Notes: generated by a model not told the origin, from the sequence alone. 64,000 bases of DNA from an uncultured Actinomycetes bacterium (GCA_963786805.1 CAWBAK010000004.1:242043-306042), one strand, 5' to 3'. Shown: positions 37,908-49,700, counted from the stretch's first letter. Translations and numbers: made by a program.

Positions 37908-40796
37908 CTACGGAGTCGGGCTGGGGCTCGGGCTCCCGGTCGCCTCGTCGCCGCCGAGCAGAGCCTGTGCCTGTTCGATCGCCGCCTGCGCCAGCTCGAT
38001 CTCGGACTGGTACGTCGCGAGGTCGCCTTCCCGGAGCGCCGCGTCCGCGAGGGTGAAGTGCTGGGCAGCCTCCTGCAGGAGCGCCTGCACCTGTTCGTCG
38101 ACGGTACCGGTCGGCGGCGGCTGCGGCTCGCCGTCCGGCGGCGGGACTTCGGCTCGCCGAGGGCGTCCGTCAGAGCCTGCGACAACGTGTCGCCGATCCC
38201 GATCGCGTTCCCGTTGACCACGATGACGCGCCGAAGCTCGGGGATGGCGTTGTCCTGGTTCGACTGGACGTACACGGGCTGCACGTACAGCAGCGCGTCG
38301 TCGACGGGGACGACGAGGAAGTCCCCGAAGCGGATCTGTCGACCCGGACTGCCCCAGCAGGGTGCGCTCGCTGGCGAACTGCGTGTCGGCGTTGATCCGC
38401 GCGAACACCTGGGTCGGACCGTCGACGTTGCGCGCCGGACGGGAACTCGTAGCTGACCATCTGGCCGTAGTCCTCGCCCGGATCGGACTTCGCCGTCAGC
38501 CACGCGACCATGTTCTGCCGGTCAAGCGGCGTGAACGGCAGGATCAGCGAGAAGGTCTCTTCGGTCTCCCCCGGGAGCCGCATGAGCACGTAGTAGGGAC
38601 GCATCGGCGGCAGCTCGTGCGTCCTGCTCCTCCGGGTCAGCCGAGGCTTCGGCCGGATCGCCCGGGAGCGCCCAGAAGTCGGCCCTGCGGTAGAAGACGT
38701 CGGGATCGGTCACGTGATAGCTCGTGAACTGCTCGGCCTGGACCTGGAACAGGTTCTCGGGGTAGCGGAAGTGCGCGAGCAGGTCGGGTGTGGCCTCCGA
38801 CATCGGTGTGAACAGGCTCGGGGAAGGCGTTCCCCCAGACCTGGATGATCGGATCGCTCTCGTCGGAGACGTAGTAGGTCGTCGTGCCCTCGTACGCGTC
38901 GACGACCACCTTCACCGAGTTCCGGATGTAGTTCGCCGACCCGGTCAAGCTCGGGAACGTCGCGTCCTCAGGCTGCGAGGCGACGTCCTGGAGCACCACC
39001 GGCTGTGAGTACGGATAGTCGGTCGTCGTCGTGTAGCCGTCCCAGATCCACACGAGGCGACCGTCCACGATCGCCGCGTACGGATCGGCGTCGAACTGCA
39101 GGAACGGGGCCGCCTTCGGCACCCGCTCCTGGATGTTCCGGAAGATCATGATCCGGCTGTCGCCCTGGACCAGGTTCGAGATCAGCAGGTTGACGTCGCG
39201 GAAGCGCCAGGCGAACAGCGCGCGCTGGACGATGCCGCCGACGGGGATCCCGCCGCCGCCGTCGTAGTTGAACGACACCTGCTCCTGGTCGTCCTGCGGC
39301 GTGCCCTGGTAGTCGAGCTCTCGGGCCCCCGAGTTGACGAGGACGAACGGCACGTCCGAGCTCTCGCCGAAGTACACGCGCTGGCCGTTGCCGAGGAGTT
39401 CCGGCTCGCCGCTCGGCGGGATGTCGCGAAGGGTGAACAGCGGCTGGCCCTCGCTCGTCGCCGTGTTGACCTGCGAGGCCACGGTACCGAACCCGTGCGT
39501 GTACACGAGATGAGTGTTCTGCCACGTGCCCCCGCCGGGGATCTGGTTCTGCGCGATCTCGCGCGCCGAAACCATGACGAGGCGGCGCTCTCCGTCGATC
39601 GTGTACCGGTCCACGTCGATGTCGTGGAACTCGTAGTAGGCGCGGATCCGCTGGAGCGCCCGATAGTTGTCGATCAGGATGTTCGGGCGCCACAGGCGGA
39701 TGTTCTGGATCGTCGTCGCGTTCGCCTCGACGTCCTCGGCCGTCACGACACCGGAGAGCGGCTGCTGGCGCGACTCGATCAGGTCGAGCGCGAAGGCCGC
39801 TCGAGTCGCCTCGATGTTGCGAACGATGAATTCCTGCTCGCGCTGGGCCTCCTGCGGGTTCACGCGGAACCGTTGGACGAACGCCGGATAGGCCGCGCCC
39901 GCCGAGATCGAGACGAGGGCGAGCAGGCCGACCGCGATCACCGGCAACGCCCATCCCCGCATCCGGATGTTGACGAGGAACAAGATCGCGCACGCGATCG
40001 CGATGAACACGAGGATCCGGAGCGCCGGCAGGTGCGCGTTCACGTCGGTGAACGACGCGCCCGCGACCACGCCCCGCGACGACGTCAGCAGGTCGAACTG
40101 CCCGAGGTAGTAGCCCCACGCCTTCGTCAGCATGATGAGGCCCAGCAGGACCGAAAGGTGGGCCTTGACCTGCGGCGTCACCTTCTCGGAGAAGACGATC
40201 GCGTTCGGCCGGATGCCGCCCCACAGGTAGTGGGCGAGGGCGGTGATGAGCAGCACCCCGACGAGCGCCGAGAACAGCCACCCCTGGAGGAACTCGAGCC
40301 ACGGGAGCGAGAAGACGTAGAACGCGGCATCCCGGCCGAACACCGGCTCAGGTCTCCCGAACGTCACGCCGCCGGAGTTCTGCCACAGCAGGAAGGTCCT
40401 CCACTGCGCGGAGACGCCGAGGCCGACGAAGAACGCGATCACGGCGGCGAAGACCGGCAGGAGCCACCAGGCGTACGGCTCGAATTGCATCCGGTAGCGC
40501 TCGACGATCTCCTGCTCGGGGGTCAGCGCACGGTACCGGGGCGTGATCCGCCGCACGATCCACAGGTTCACGTACAGGAGCACGAAGAACGTCACTCCGA
40601 ACAGCAGCCCCAGCACGATCTTGGTCCGGAACACCTTCCAGAAGACCTGCGAGTACCCGACCTCGCGGAACCACAGGACGTCGACGAAGAACCCCGAGAG
40701 CGCCGTGAACGCGACGACGATCCCGGCGAGGATGGCGATGACGATGAAGGCCAACCTGCGGCGACCGGAAGCTGCTGCCGGGATGCGAGTGACCAT
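37908..40796 (-). pseudogene. UPF0182 family membrane protein (homolog of mycobacterial Rv3193c), disrupted by about 5 frameshifts in its C-terminal third
   Basis: The N-terminal 719 aa (ORF 38637..40796) are intact, with 7 TM helices (...VLWFREVGYSQVFW...) plus an extracellular domain. After ...VWGNAFP the reading frame changes at about 38821, 38625, 38433, 38338 and 38147. The conserved segments SLFTPMSEATPDLLAHFRYPENLFQVQ, MRPYYVLMRLPGE...YEFPSG, RNVDGPTQVFARINADTQFASERTLLGQSGS, QIRFGDFLVVPVDDALLYVQPVYVQS...ALTDALGEP and VPPPDGEPQPPPTGTVDEQVQALLQEAAQHF...SPSPTP are recovered in successive frames. Confidence 0.8.
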
Positions 40797-40871
40797 GCCT
40801 CTTATCGGGTCGGGTTGTCGGGTCTGGCCGGCGTCAGGGTATCACCGGGCCTTCGGAACCGAGCCGTTCCG

Positions 40872-41846
40872 TCACTCGTTGCCCTGCAGGTACGCGAGCG
40901 CCTCGGCGAAGGTCTCGACCGGCACCAGCTCGATCTCGGGATCGCCTGCGGAGCGCGCCTCCTCGACGTTGGAGCTCGGGAGCATGAGGACGGTTGCGCC
41001 CGCGCTCTCCGCGGCGATGACCTTGTCCGCGGCACCACCGATCGGGAAGACCGTGCCGTCGATGCCGAGCTGTCCGGTGCTGGCGATCGTCCGCCCACCG
41101 GTCAGATCGCCGGGAGTGAGGAGGTCGTACAGCGCGAGCGCCCACGCGAGTCCGGCGGACGGGCCGCCGATCGCACCGCTTTGGATACGCACGTCGAACG
41201 GGAAGCTCTCGATCATCGAGACGCCGACCAGCGGTCGCTCGCTGCCGCCGCACGGCTCGCGGACCAGGGACACCGTCTCGGGTTCACCGTCCACGGTCAC
41301 GTCGAACGTGAGCCGCGCCCCCGACGCCGTCCCTCGGATCGTACGACGCGCGTCCCCGACGTCGTCCACCTCGGTTCCGTCGATCGCCTGCACGATGTCC
41401 CCGGGAAACAGCTCGCCGTCGGCCGCGCATCCTTCGACCACGCTCTCGATCAGGACGCCGTCGCCGTGTTCCTCCGGGTAGTCCGTCAGCTCGTCCAGCA
41501 CGACGAACGCGGCATCGAGCTTGCTCTGGTCCATCTGCGAGATCGACCGCTCGCGCTCCTGCTCGGGCGTCTCGCCCGGCGCGAAGAGCTCGTCACGAGG
41601 AACCACCGACACGACCGGGTCCAGCCACGCGACGACGATCCCGTACGCGGTGAGCTGGTCGAAGCGAACGGAGGTGAGCACGAAGCTCCCCTCGGACTCG
41701 TAGCGCGGGCGATCGTCGAACCGGATGAGCGGCTGCACGGCTTTCGCGGGTCCCGGGCCGATCGAGTAGTAGGGCAGGTAGATCGTGAACGCCGCGAGCG
41801 CGGCGGCGAGCGGAACGACCAGCCAGACCCGTCGCAGGAAACGCAT
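40872..41846 (-). CDS. YlbL-like secreted PDZ domain plus Lon-protease (S16) C-terminal domain protein
   Basis: 324 aa with an N-terminal signal/anchor, a PDZ region, and a Lon proteolytic-domain motif ...GGPSAGLAWALALYDLLTPGDLTGGRTIASTGQLGIDGTVFPIGG...KVIAAESAGATVLMLP. Its position next to the UPF0182 gene mirrors Rv3194c-Rv3193c. Confidence 0.8.
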   Translation of the reverse strand: MRFLRRVWLVVPLAAALAAFTIYLPYYSIGPGPAKAVQPLIRFDDRPRYESEGSFVLTSVRFDQLTAYGIVVAWLDPVVSVVPRDELFAPGETPEQERERSISQMDQSKLDAAFVVLDELTDYPEEHGDGVLIESVVEGCAADGELFPGDIVQAIDGTEVDDVGDARRTIRGTASGARLTFDVTVDGEPETVSLVREPCGGSERPLVGVSMIESFPFDVRIQSGAIGGPSAGLAWALALYDLLTPGDLTGGRTIASTGQLGIDGTVFPIGGAADKVIAAESAGATVLMLPSSNVEEARSAGDPEIELVPVETFAEALAYLQGNE

Positions 41847-41908
41847 CCACCGATGGTACGTGCTGGTTTCGGGGGAACCGGTCCGGGTAGGCTGCGGTCT
41901 GATCCGCG

Positions 41909-42235
41909 TTGGGTTACTTCATCGTCGTCGTGGTGTCCGTCCTCGTCGGAAGCGGCGTCTACGCGGCCACGCTCCGAGCTGCGCGTGAAGAGACCGTCGC
42001 CGCCGGGTTCGAGGGCCGTTCGACCGAGTCCTCCGGCGCGGCCGACGTCCCCGCTGCCGGCCCCGGCTACACGTACCTGCGCGTCGGGGTCCGCGGGCCG
42101 TCTTGGCAGGACCGGGTCGTGGGGTTCGTCGGCCTCCTGGTTCTGCTCGGCGTGTCGACGGTGACGCTCGCGTTCGGGATCTACCAGCTCGGGCACATCC
42201 TCAACGTGACGATCGAGAACTTCTTCACGAAGTGA
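41909..42235 (+). CDS. Putative small membrane protein (TTG start)
   Basis: 108-aa ORF with two hydrophobic helices (YFIVVVVSVLVGSGVYAA; VVGFVGLLVLLGVSTVTLAFGIY). It has no clear SD and overlaps an antisense Arg-rich ORF. Support is weak. Confidence 0.3.
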   Translation: MGYFIVVVVSVLVGSGVYAATLRAAREETVAAGFEGRSTESSGAADVPAAGPGYTYLRVGVRGPSWQDRVVGFVGLLVLLGVSTVTLAFGIYQLGHILNVTIENFFTK

Positions 42236-42242
42236 CGCGAGG

Positions 42243-43104
42243 TCACGAGACCTCGGGCGTGATGTCGCGGAGCTCTCGGACGAGCATCTCCGACAGCTGG
42301 TCGTCGTCCCGAAGGCGGCCCTCGAGGTTGTACGCGCCCGCGAACTCGCCGAGACCGTTCCGCGTGGGATCGTCGAGGACCCCGGTCGGCGCATCCGAGT
42401 AGATCCCCCGCGCGGCGAGACGGCGCTGGATCTCTTGCACGAGCTCGGGGGTCGCAGGCATGAGCGGGTCGTTTCGAACCAGGACCTCTCGGTCGTAGAC
42501 GGTGAACACTCGAGCCAGCTCCGTGACGGCCTGCGGATGTTCATCGACCCGAACGTCGACGTACCGATCGCTGCGGCCCTCGTACCCTCCGCCCTCGCGG
42601 ACGACCAGCAGCGCGGCAGATTGCCGCCCGCGGCGATCGCCGCCGGCGTCGTCACCGGCGACGAGCGCGGCGAGCAGCCGGTCGACGAGGTCGCCCGTCG
42701 TACCGGTGAACGCATCGCCCATCGCCGCGACCACCTTCTCGCCCACGAGGATGTTCCCCTGGCAGGCGAAGCCCGGCCCGGTCAGCCCGCCGGCCCACTC
42801 GAGGCAGTCCTGCTCCCGTGAACGTGGCCGGCAGACCCTTCCCGTCGACGAAACCCGCCTGGCGGTCGGCCCGGCCCTCGTCGCCGTGGATCAGCTGGGC
42901 GAGGACCTCGGGGGCGGGTGAACCGGACTCCATCAGGTGCAGTCCCTGCGGACCGAAGTCGGTGTTCGCCCACGCCTGTGTCGCGACGGCTCCGACGCCG
43001 GCCCTCGCGTACGGCACCACGGCGCCGACGGCCAGGAACTTCGATGCGACGGCAACACCCCAGTCGCCGGCTTCGGTGTCGGCGGCCACGATCGAGAACG
43101 TCAC
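42243..43104 (-). pseudogene. DUF1028 family protein (Ntn-hydrolase-like), frameshifted near 42816
   Basis: N-terminal frame: (V)TFSIVAADTEAGDWGVAVASKFLAVGAVVPYARAGVGAVATQAWAN...GFVDGKGLPATFT. Downstream frame: EQDCLEWAGGLTGPGFACQGNILVGEKVVAAMGDAFTG.... Removal of one g from cacgGGag joins them. A GTG start overlaps the mreB stop. Confidence 0.7.
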
Positions 43105-44108
43105 CGGCGTCTCACGAGCTGGAACGAGCTTCGGTAGTCGTCGAGGTGCTCGAGCATCGCTCCGGCTCCGATCACGACGGTTTCCAGTGGCCGTTCCGTG
43201 AGATGGACCGGAACCTCGCACTCCTGTGAAAGGAGAAGGTCGAGCCCGCGCAGCAGCCCGCCTCCCCCGGTCAGGAACATCCCCGTCTGGAGCACGTCGT
43301 GGGTGAGCTCGGGTGGCCCCTCGGCGAGCGCTCGTCGGGCGGCCTCCACGATCTTGCCGATCGGGGCGGAGATCGCCTGGCGGATCTCGTCCTCGCTCAG
43401 CCGGATGTCGATGGGAGCGCCGGAGCTGAGCTCGCGGCCCGTGACGACCGCGACCGCTCCGCGCGGGACCGGGAACGCCGAGCCGATGGCGATCTTGATC
43501 TCCTCGGCCGCCTTCTCGCCCACCGCGACGCCGTAGCCGCTCCGAACGTGCTCCTGGATCGCCGCGTCGAGGTCGAACCCTCCCACTCGGATGGACAGGC
43601 CCGAGACGACGCCTCCCATCGAGACGATCGCGAGCTCCGTCGTTCCGCCACCGATGTCGACGATGAGGTTCCCGACCGGTTCGTGGATCGGGAGGCCCGC
43701 TCCGATCGCGGCGGCCAGCGGCTGCTCGACGAGGACGACGCCCTTGCCGCCCGCGAAGCGCACGGCCTCGTCCACCGCTCGGCGCTCGACCTCGGAGCTC
43801 TCGCTGGCGATGCAGGTCAGGACACGGGGCTTGGGGAACCGCGAAACCCCGACGCGCCGCAGCACGAACTCGATCATCCGCTGGGTGATGTCGAACTCGG
43901 TCATCACGCCATGCCGGAGGGGGCGGACGGCGACGACGTTGCCCGAACGGCCTCCGACCATCCGCCAGGCCGCTTCCCCCATCGCCTCGACGTCGCCGGT
44001 CGTGGCGTTCATCGCGACGACGGTCGGCTCGTCGAACACGATGCCCTCGCCCTGACGGTAGACGAGCGTGTTCGCGGTACCGAGATCGATGGCGAGGTCG
44101 CGCGCCAC
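43101..44108 (-). CDS. mreB: Rod shape-determining protein MreB (actin-like ATPase)
   Basis: 335 aa: MARDLAIDLGTANTLVY...DIGGGTTELAIVSMGGVV... shows the actin-fold phosphate 1/2 and adenosine motifs. Confidence 0.9.
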   Translation of the reverse strand: MARDLAIDLGTANTLVYRQGEGIVFDEPTVVAMNATTGDVEAMGEAAWRMVGGRSGNVVAVRPLRHGVMTEFDITQRMIEFVLRRVGVSRFPKPRVLTCIASESSEVERRAVDEAVRFAGGKGVVLVEQPLAAAIGAGLPIHEPVGNLIVDIGGGTTELAIVSMGGVVSGLSIRVGGFDLDAAIQEHVRSGYGVAVGEKAAEEIKIAIGSAFPVPRGAVAVVTGRELSSGAPIDIRLSEDEIRQAISAPIGKIVEAARRALAEGPPELTHDVLQTGMFLTGGGGLLRGLDLLLSQECEVPVHLTERPLETVVIGAGAMLEHLDDYRSSFQLVRRR

Positions 44109-44164
44109 TCAGGGACCTCCGCCGGGAACGACCGTGATCGGGCGACCTTCGCCCGGTACGAGCG

Positions 44165-44599
44165 TCACGACCCCATCACCCACTCGGACTCGCCTGTGAC
44201 CAAGTGCTCTTTCTTCCAGATCGGGACGTCGTGCTTCAGGCGCTCGATCGCGTGGCGGCACGCCTCGAACGCCTCGGCGCGATGCGCCGCGCTGACCGCG
44301 ATCGCGACCGACGTCTCGCCGACCGCGAGCTCGCCGAAGCGATGGAGCAGCGCGACCCTGCGCAGCGGCCACCGCTCGAAGAGCTCGTCGGCGAGCTCCT
44401 CCAGGCGAGCGACCGCGAGCTCCTCCCAGGCCTCGTAGCTCAGCGCCGTCACCTCGCCGGCGTCCGAACGGTCGCGAACCGTACCCAGGAAGACGCAGGT
44501 TCCGCCCGCGCCGGGGTCGCCGACGAAACCGACCGCCTCCTCGGCTCCGATCGTTGCGGCGGTGACGCGGACGAGCAGGTCCTCACGCACGCGGCTCAT
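44165..44599 (-). CDS. moaE: Molybdopterin synthase catalytic subunit MoaE
   Basis: 144 aa: ...GTCVFLGTVRD...ALLHRFGELAVGETSVAIAVSAAHRAEAFEACRHAIERLKHDVPIWKKE, the typical MoaE C-terminus. The upstream part of the track ORF is junk. Confidence 0.85.
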   Translation of the reverse strand: MSRVREDLLVRVTAATIGAEEAVGFVGDPGAGGTCVFLGTVRDRSDAGEVTALSYEAWEELAVARLEELADELFERWPLRRVALLHRFGELAVGETSVAIAVSAAHRAEAFEACRHAIERLKHDVPIWKKEHLVTGESEWVMGS

Positions 44600-44617
44600 C
44601 CTAGCGACCGCCGTAGG

Positions 44618-45827
44618 ATGGGCGGCGTGAGCCAGACCCCCGAGGAGAACCCGTTCGGCGTCCCGATGGGCGACATCTGGAACGACGTGCCCCTGTTCCG
44701 CGAGATCCAGCGGGTCCTGCTCTCCTCGAGCGGTCCCGTGAACTGGGAGCTCGCGCGGCAGGTCGGGATCGCCGCGGCCTCGTGGGGTGCGGGCGACACG
44801 GCGCCGACCGCCGAGGACCAACGGATGTTCGACGAAGCCGTTCGCGTCGCGGAGCTGCAGGTCGGCGCGTTCACCGGCCTCGAACCCCCCGGCGATCTCC
44901 CGAAGGTCCAAGCCGTGCGCCGCGGGCAGTGGGTGCAACAGAACCTCGAGGGTCTCCGCGACGTCCTCGAGCCCGCCGCGGCGAAGATCGGCGAGGCCGT
45001 CGCGCGTGCGCAGCGCGAGGTGCCGCCCGACGCGCCGGATGCTGCGGCGCGCGATGCCCGGCATGACCCAGCTGCTCGGCCAGCTCTCGCCCCTGCTGCT
45101 CGGTGCCCAGGTCGGCAGCGTCCTCGGCGGGCTCGGTCAGCAGGTCCTCGGCCAATACGACATCGCCGTGCCGAGAGCCGAGGGCTCCGCCGCGCTCCTG
45201 TTCGTCGTGCCGAACATCGCGCAGTTCGAGAAGGATTGGAGCCTCGACGCCACCGAGTTCCGTACATGGATCGCGATCCACGAGGTCACCCACCGGTTCG
45301 AGTTCGCGCGCCCGTGGGCGCTCGCACGCTTCCGCGAGCTGCTGAACGACTACACCTCGACGTTGCAGCTGGACGTCGAGGGGTTGCAGCGACGGCTCGA
45401 GATGCTGGACCCGTCCAACCCGGAGGCGATGCAGGAGATGCTCGGATCCGGCGAAGGGCTGTTCGGCGCCGTGCTCGACGACGAGCAGCGCCTGAAGCTG
45501 AACCGGATCCAGGCCTTCATGAGCGCCGCCGAGGGCTACGGCGACCACGTGATGCACACGCTCGGCGCGCAGCTCCTCTCCTCGTACGCGCGGATCGAGG
45601 AAGCGATGCGCCGCTATCGCGAGACCGAGGAGACGGATCCGGTCCTCGAGCGGCTGCTCGGGATCGAGGTCAAGCGGGAGCAGTACCGGCTGGGCAAGGC
45701 GTTCTGCGACACCGTGGTCGAGCTCACGGACGAGGCCACCCTCACGCGGATGTGGGATTCGGCCGACGCCATGCCCTCGCTCCCCGAGATCGAGGAGCCG
45801 CGGCTCTGGCTCGCACGGAGCGCCTGA
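44618..45827 (+). pseudogene. Zinc-dependent metalloprotease (DUF2342/putative F420-associated hydrolase family, HExxH), frameshifted near 45038
   Basis: Frame A: MGGVSQTPEENPFGVPMGDIWNDVPLFREIQRVLLSSSGPVNWELARQVGIAAASWG...AKIGEAVARAQREVPPDAP. Frame B continues MLRRAMPGMTQLLGQLSPLLLGAQVGSVLGGLGQQVLGQYDIAVP...WIAIHEVTHRFEFARPW.... Removal of g in gcgccgGatgctg restores it. Confidence 0.7.
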
Positions 45828-45904
45828 CGCCCGTCGGCGCCTGACGGCGGGTCGCGCCCGGCGTATCGGCGTGACCCCGCGATCCTTCGCTATCCTTCGC
45901 CGCG

Positions 45905-46678
45905 ATGGCCGTCGGCGAGCTCGTCTTCGCGAACGTGGTGGACGACCGGGTGTGGGAGGCCGAGCGGGAGCGCGGCGCCCCGGGCATCTATCTCCTCGGG
46001 GCTCCCGGGCTGGCGCTCCCGTTCCGCGTCTACCGGGCCTGGAAGGTGCCGACGGGCCTGGTGACCGAGGAGGTCCAGTTCTACGGACCGTCGGGCCGCC
46101 TCGTGTATCGGTGGGGTCCCGAGGTCCGCCGGATGCTCGGAAGCATGGACCTCACGGTCGCGGTCGACCGCATCGAGGACGCCGTGTTCGACGACACCGG
46201 TCAGCACCTCGTGTCGTTCGTGATCGACGGCGAGAACGTCGGCGAGATCGAGGTGCCGGTCTACGTCCAGACCGCCCCGGCCAAGCTGCCGAAGGAGGTC
46301 GAGGAGGGCTTCCGCAAGTCCGACGTCGTCTGGGTCGGCGTCGAGGTGAACGGGGTCCGCAGGATGGTCCCCGCGTGGTTCGCCTACAGGAACGGGAAGG
46401 TCTACGTGCTTTCCAAGCGCGAGCCGGGCCCGGAGGAGCAGACGATCCCCGGCCTTCCGAACGCGCCCGACCTCATCATGGTCACTCGACGGAAGGGCCG
46501 CGAGACCGCCCTCGGCGAGTACCACGCCGCCGTGCGTTTGCTCGAAGGGGCGGAGTGGGAGGAGGCGGCGAAGGCGCTCGTCGACCGCCGTCGCAGCCGC
46601 CCAGGGCCGCCCGCCGACGCGTTGAGCCGTTGGCGCGGCACCTGCGACATCGCCGAGCTCACGCCCGTCGTCGGCTGA
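45905..46678 (+). CDS. Hypothetical protein
   Basis: 257-aa ORF with non-biased, protein-like composition. No family recognised. Confidence 0.5.
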   Translation: MAVGELVFANVVDDRVWEAERERGAPGIYLLGAPGLALPFRVYRAWKVPTGLVTEEVQFYGPSGRLVYRWGPEVRRMLGSMDLTVAVDRIEDAVFDDTGQHLVSFVIDGENVGEIEVPVYVQTAPAKLPKEVEEGFRKSDVVWVGVEVNGVRRMVPAWFAYRNGKVYVLSKREPGPEEQTIPGLPNAPDLIMVTRRKGRETALGEYHAAVRLLEGAEWEEAAKALVDRRRSRPGPPADALSRWRGTCDIAELTPVVG

Positions 46679-46741
46679 GCTTCTCGGATCGCTCGGCGCC
46701 GCCCGAGGGGCCGTCGATAGCCCCTCGGGAGCGCATCGCCT

Positions 46742-49700
46742 CTATGACGTCACCGTAGGACAGATGTTGGTACTCGCGGGATTGAGGATCTTGACGCATG
46801 TGATCCGACCCTGGACCGACGGTGAGATGGGCGTGTTGGTCTCGACGTAGTCGGCGAGGACCTCGTCCATCGTCTTGATCGAGGGCGTGTTCAGCACGCT
46901 GACCAGGTGCGGGTACCCGTCGCCGGCCATCGCCATGAAGTCGTTGATCGCGACCGTGTACGGACCACCGGCACTCGTGAGGTCGATCGGGGCCCCGGTA
47001 CAGGTGCCGTCCGGTGCCTGCCTCACCGCACCCGTCACCCGGCTGCCGACCGTTGCACTGATGTCGTACGTGAAGCAGAGGCCGGAGACCTGCGGGAAGC
47101 GGCCGTTCGCCGTCGGCATCGAGGAGACACCGTTCTCGAGCATCGTCTTCAACACCGCGCCGGAGACGGGAGCCGTCGCCACGACGTTCCCGAACGGCAA
47201 CACGGTCAGCACCTGGCCGAGCGTGATCGGGTAGGGCGGCGGCGTGAACGCCGGACAGAAGTCGCTCGCGTTGTCGGTCGTCGGACACGTGAGGTCCGCA
47301 CGCAAGCCCCCGGAGTTGGTGATCGCGAAGTCCACCGTGAACCCGGGGAACGCGGTCCGCATCGAATCGGTCACGACGTTGCCGAGCAGCGATTCGCACA
47401 GCCGGCTGTCGACGCGGCCGCACTTGTCCGAACGCGGGATCGCCACCGTGGAGGTGCCGATCACCGGGCTGAGGAGCGGTGCGAGCTCGGCGTTCAGCTC
47501 GTCGACCCGCGCCTGGATGGCCGGGTCGGGCGTCACCCCGATGGTCCACGGCTTGTGGAAGTCGGCCGTCTTGTAGACCACCGCCTTCGTGCTCGTGTCG
47601 ACCACGAGGCGAACGCGGGTGAACCGCACGCCCTTGCTCAGGTTCTCGGTGACGAGGATGCCGTTCGGCCGCGTCGAGACCACCTGGAAGTTCGTGTGAT
47701 CGCCGAGCACGGCGTCCACGCCGGTGAGGGCGTCGGCCAGATCGACGACCGGACCCGTCGGGCTCGTGAGCGTTCCGGCCGTCGCCCCGTCGTGGCCCAT
47801 GACGACGATCGTGTTCACGCCGTTGCTCCGCAGGCGGTTGACCTCCGCCTGAACGCGGGGCAGACGAGCCTCGACATGGAACGGGTCGAGCCCGCCCGGG
47901 AAGATGAGCGACACGAGGTCCTCGTTCGAGAACCCGACGAGGCCGAGCTTGACGCCCGCGAAGTTGAACACCGTGGACGGTGACCACTCGGGCGGCGTCT
48001 TGCCATTGGCATTCAGCAAGTTCGCCGAGACGATGGGGAAGTCCGCCAGCGGGATCAGCGTGTTCCTCAGGTACGCAGAACCCTTGTCGAAGTTGTGGTT
48101 GCCCAGCCCGTCGGCCGAGAAGCCCATCATGTTCATGAACTCCATCGTCGGGATGTCTCCGAAGAAGCTCGAGATCGGAGGCGTCGCTCCGACCGAGTCA
48201 CCCGCGGCGACCGTGATCGACCCGTCGGGCGCTTCGCTTCGGTACAGGTCGAACCACGGTTTCAGGAACGCCGAGCCGCCGATCGGGAAGACCGGGTTCG
48301 CCGAACCCCCTCCCGCGAGGGTATCGGCCGCTTCCGCGAGCGGCACCAGCTGGCCGTGGTAGTCGCTGATATCGAGGATCGTGATCGTCTTCCACCGGCC
48401 GGGCGTCGGGAAGAGCTCCGTCAGGATCCGGCCACGCGCGTTCTGCGGCCCCGGGATGTCCATCAGGAACGCGATCGTCGGCGCCACGTCGACGACACGG
48501 ATGCCCTCGACCGGGTCCTGCCTGCGGATCCCGGGTCCCGAGGCGACGAACGTCCCGTGCATGTTCACGTTGTGCTCGAGGTCGACCAGCTCGGGGAAGT
48601 AGCCGTGCTGCCCGAAGAACTGCGAGAAGGCGATCGTCTGTCCGCGTGTCGCCGCGTCGAACTGATACGGGGGCCGCAGGACGACCACGACGTCGCCGCT
48701 CCGGTTCGGATGCAGCGAGTCGCTGCCGTCGACGTCCCGGAGCTCTTCCTTCAAGAGCACGTCCTCGACGACCTGCGCCCCGGGATTCGCCGGGTCGGTC
48801 AGGCTCTCGAAGGCTGCGACGATCTGGCTCCGTACCAAGTCGTAGTCGGCAGCCGGAACCTGCGGGGTGTTCAGGACGTTGGTTGGGGGGCCGGTCTGAG
48901 CCGGGTCTCTGCCGGCGAGGTTCAGATAGATCTGCGCCGCCCCTCCGGCGTAACAGGCCTTCGCGAGCGTGGCACCGGAGGCAGCCTTCCGGCAGTTGCC
49001 CGTCTGCTCCGCCCCCTGGAGCCCCGCGTCCACCAGGACCTTGCTCGCGTTGACCGCGTACCACTGCGGCGCGAAGCCGTGATCGGAGCTGGCGAACACC
49101 GTCGCGTTCGTGCCCATCAGCTGCCGGGCGAGGCCGAGCGTTCCGTCGGCCTCGTGATACGCCGCCTCGATGTACCCCTCCCGCTCGTCGATCCGGCCAT
49201 CGGGGATGTCGTCGTTCGTGAGGTCGTCGAAGTACGGGTTCGGATCGCCATCCATGTCCGTCGGCGTGACGAGACCCATGAACTGGTGCGAGAACTCATC
49301 GGTGACCGGGCTGCCGGCCATCAGCAGGTCCGGTTGCACGCCGAGACCGGGGATCGTGCCGCCGCCGAACTTCGGAACCGGAGCGGTGCCGAGTATGTAC
49401 CTCAGGTAGGCCCAGTGCGCGTCGGCCCAGAACAGGCCCTGCTCGACATAGGTGTCCTCGTCGACGATGCCACCCTCGAGCGGGGCGAAGTCCGCCGCGG
49501 TCGAGGTGGGGAAGGTCGCGTTCAAGGTCTCCTCGAACGCCAGCGAACCCGCGGCCCCCAGGGCGTTGTACGAGGCGTTCGCGCGCGCGATCGAGGTGAA
49601 GTACACGCGGAACTTGGACAGGTCCGGTTCGATCTCGATCGCCTTGACGTAGAACCCGGCGGTCTTGCCCGTGAGGTCTCCGGTCAGCGTCACCTTGACG

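Noticed and set aside
44109-44372. 87-aa minus-strand ORF between mreB and moaE
   Set aside because: It has an Arg-rich translation (RRARGRRDVGRDRGQRG...), overlaps the moaE 3' end in another frame, and has no SD.
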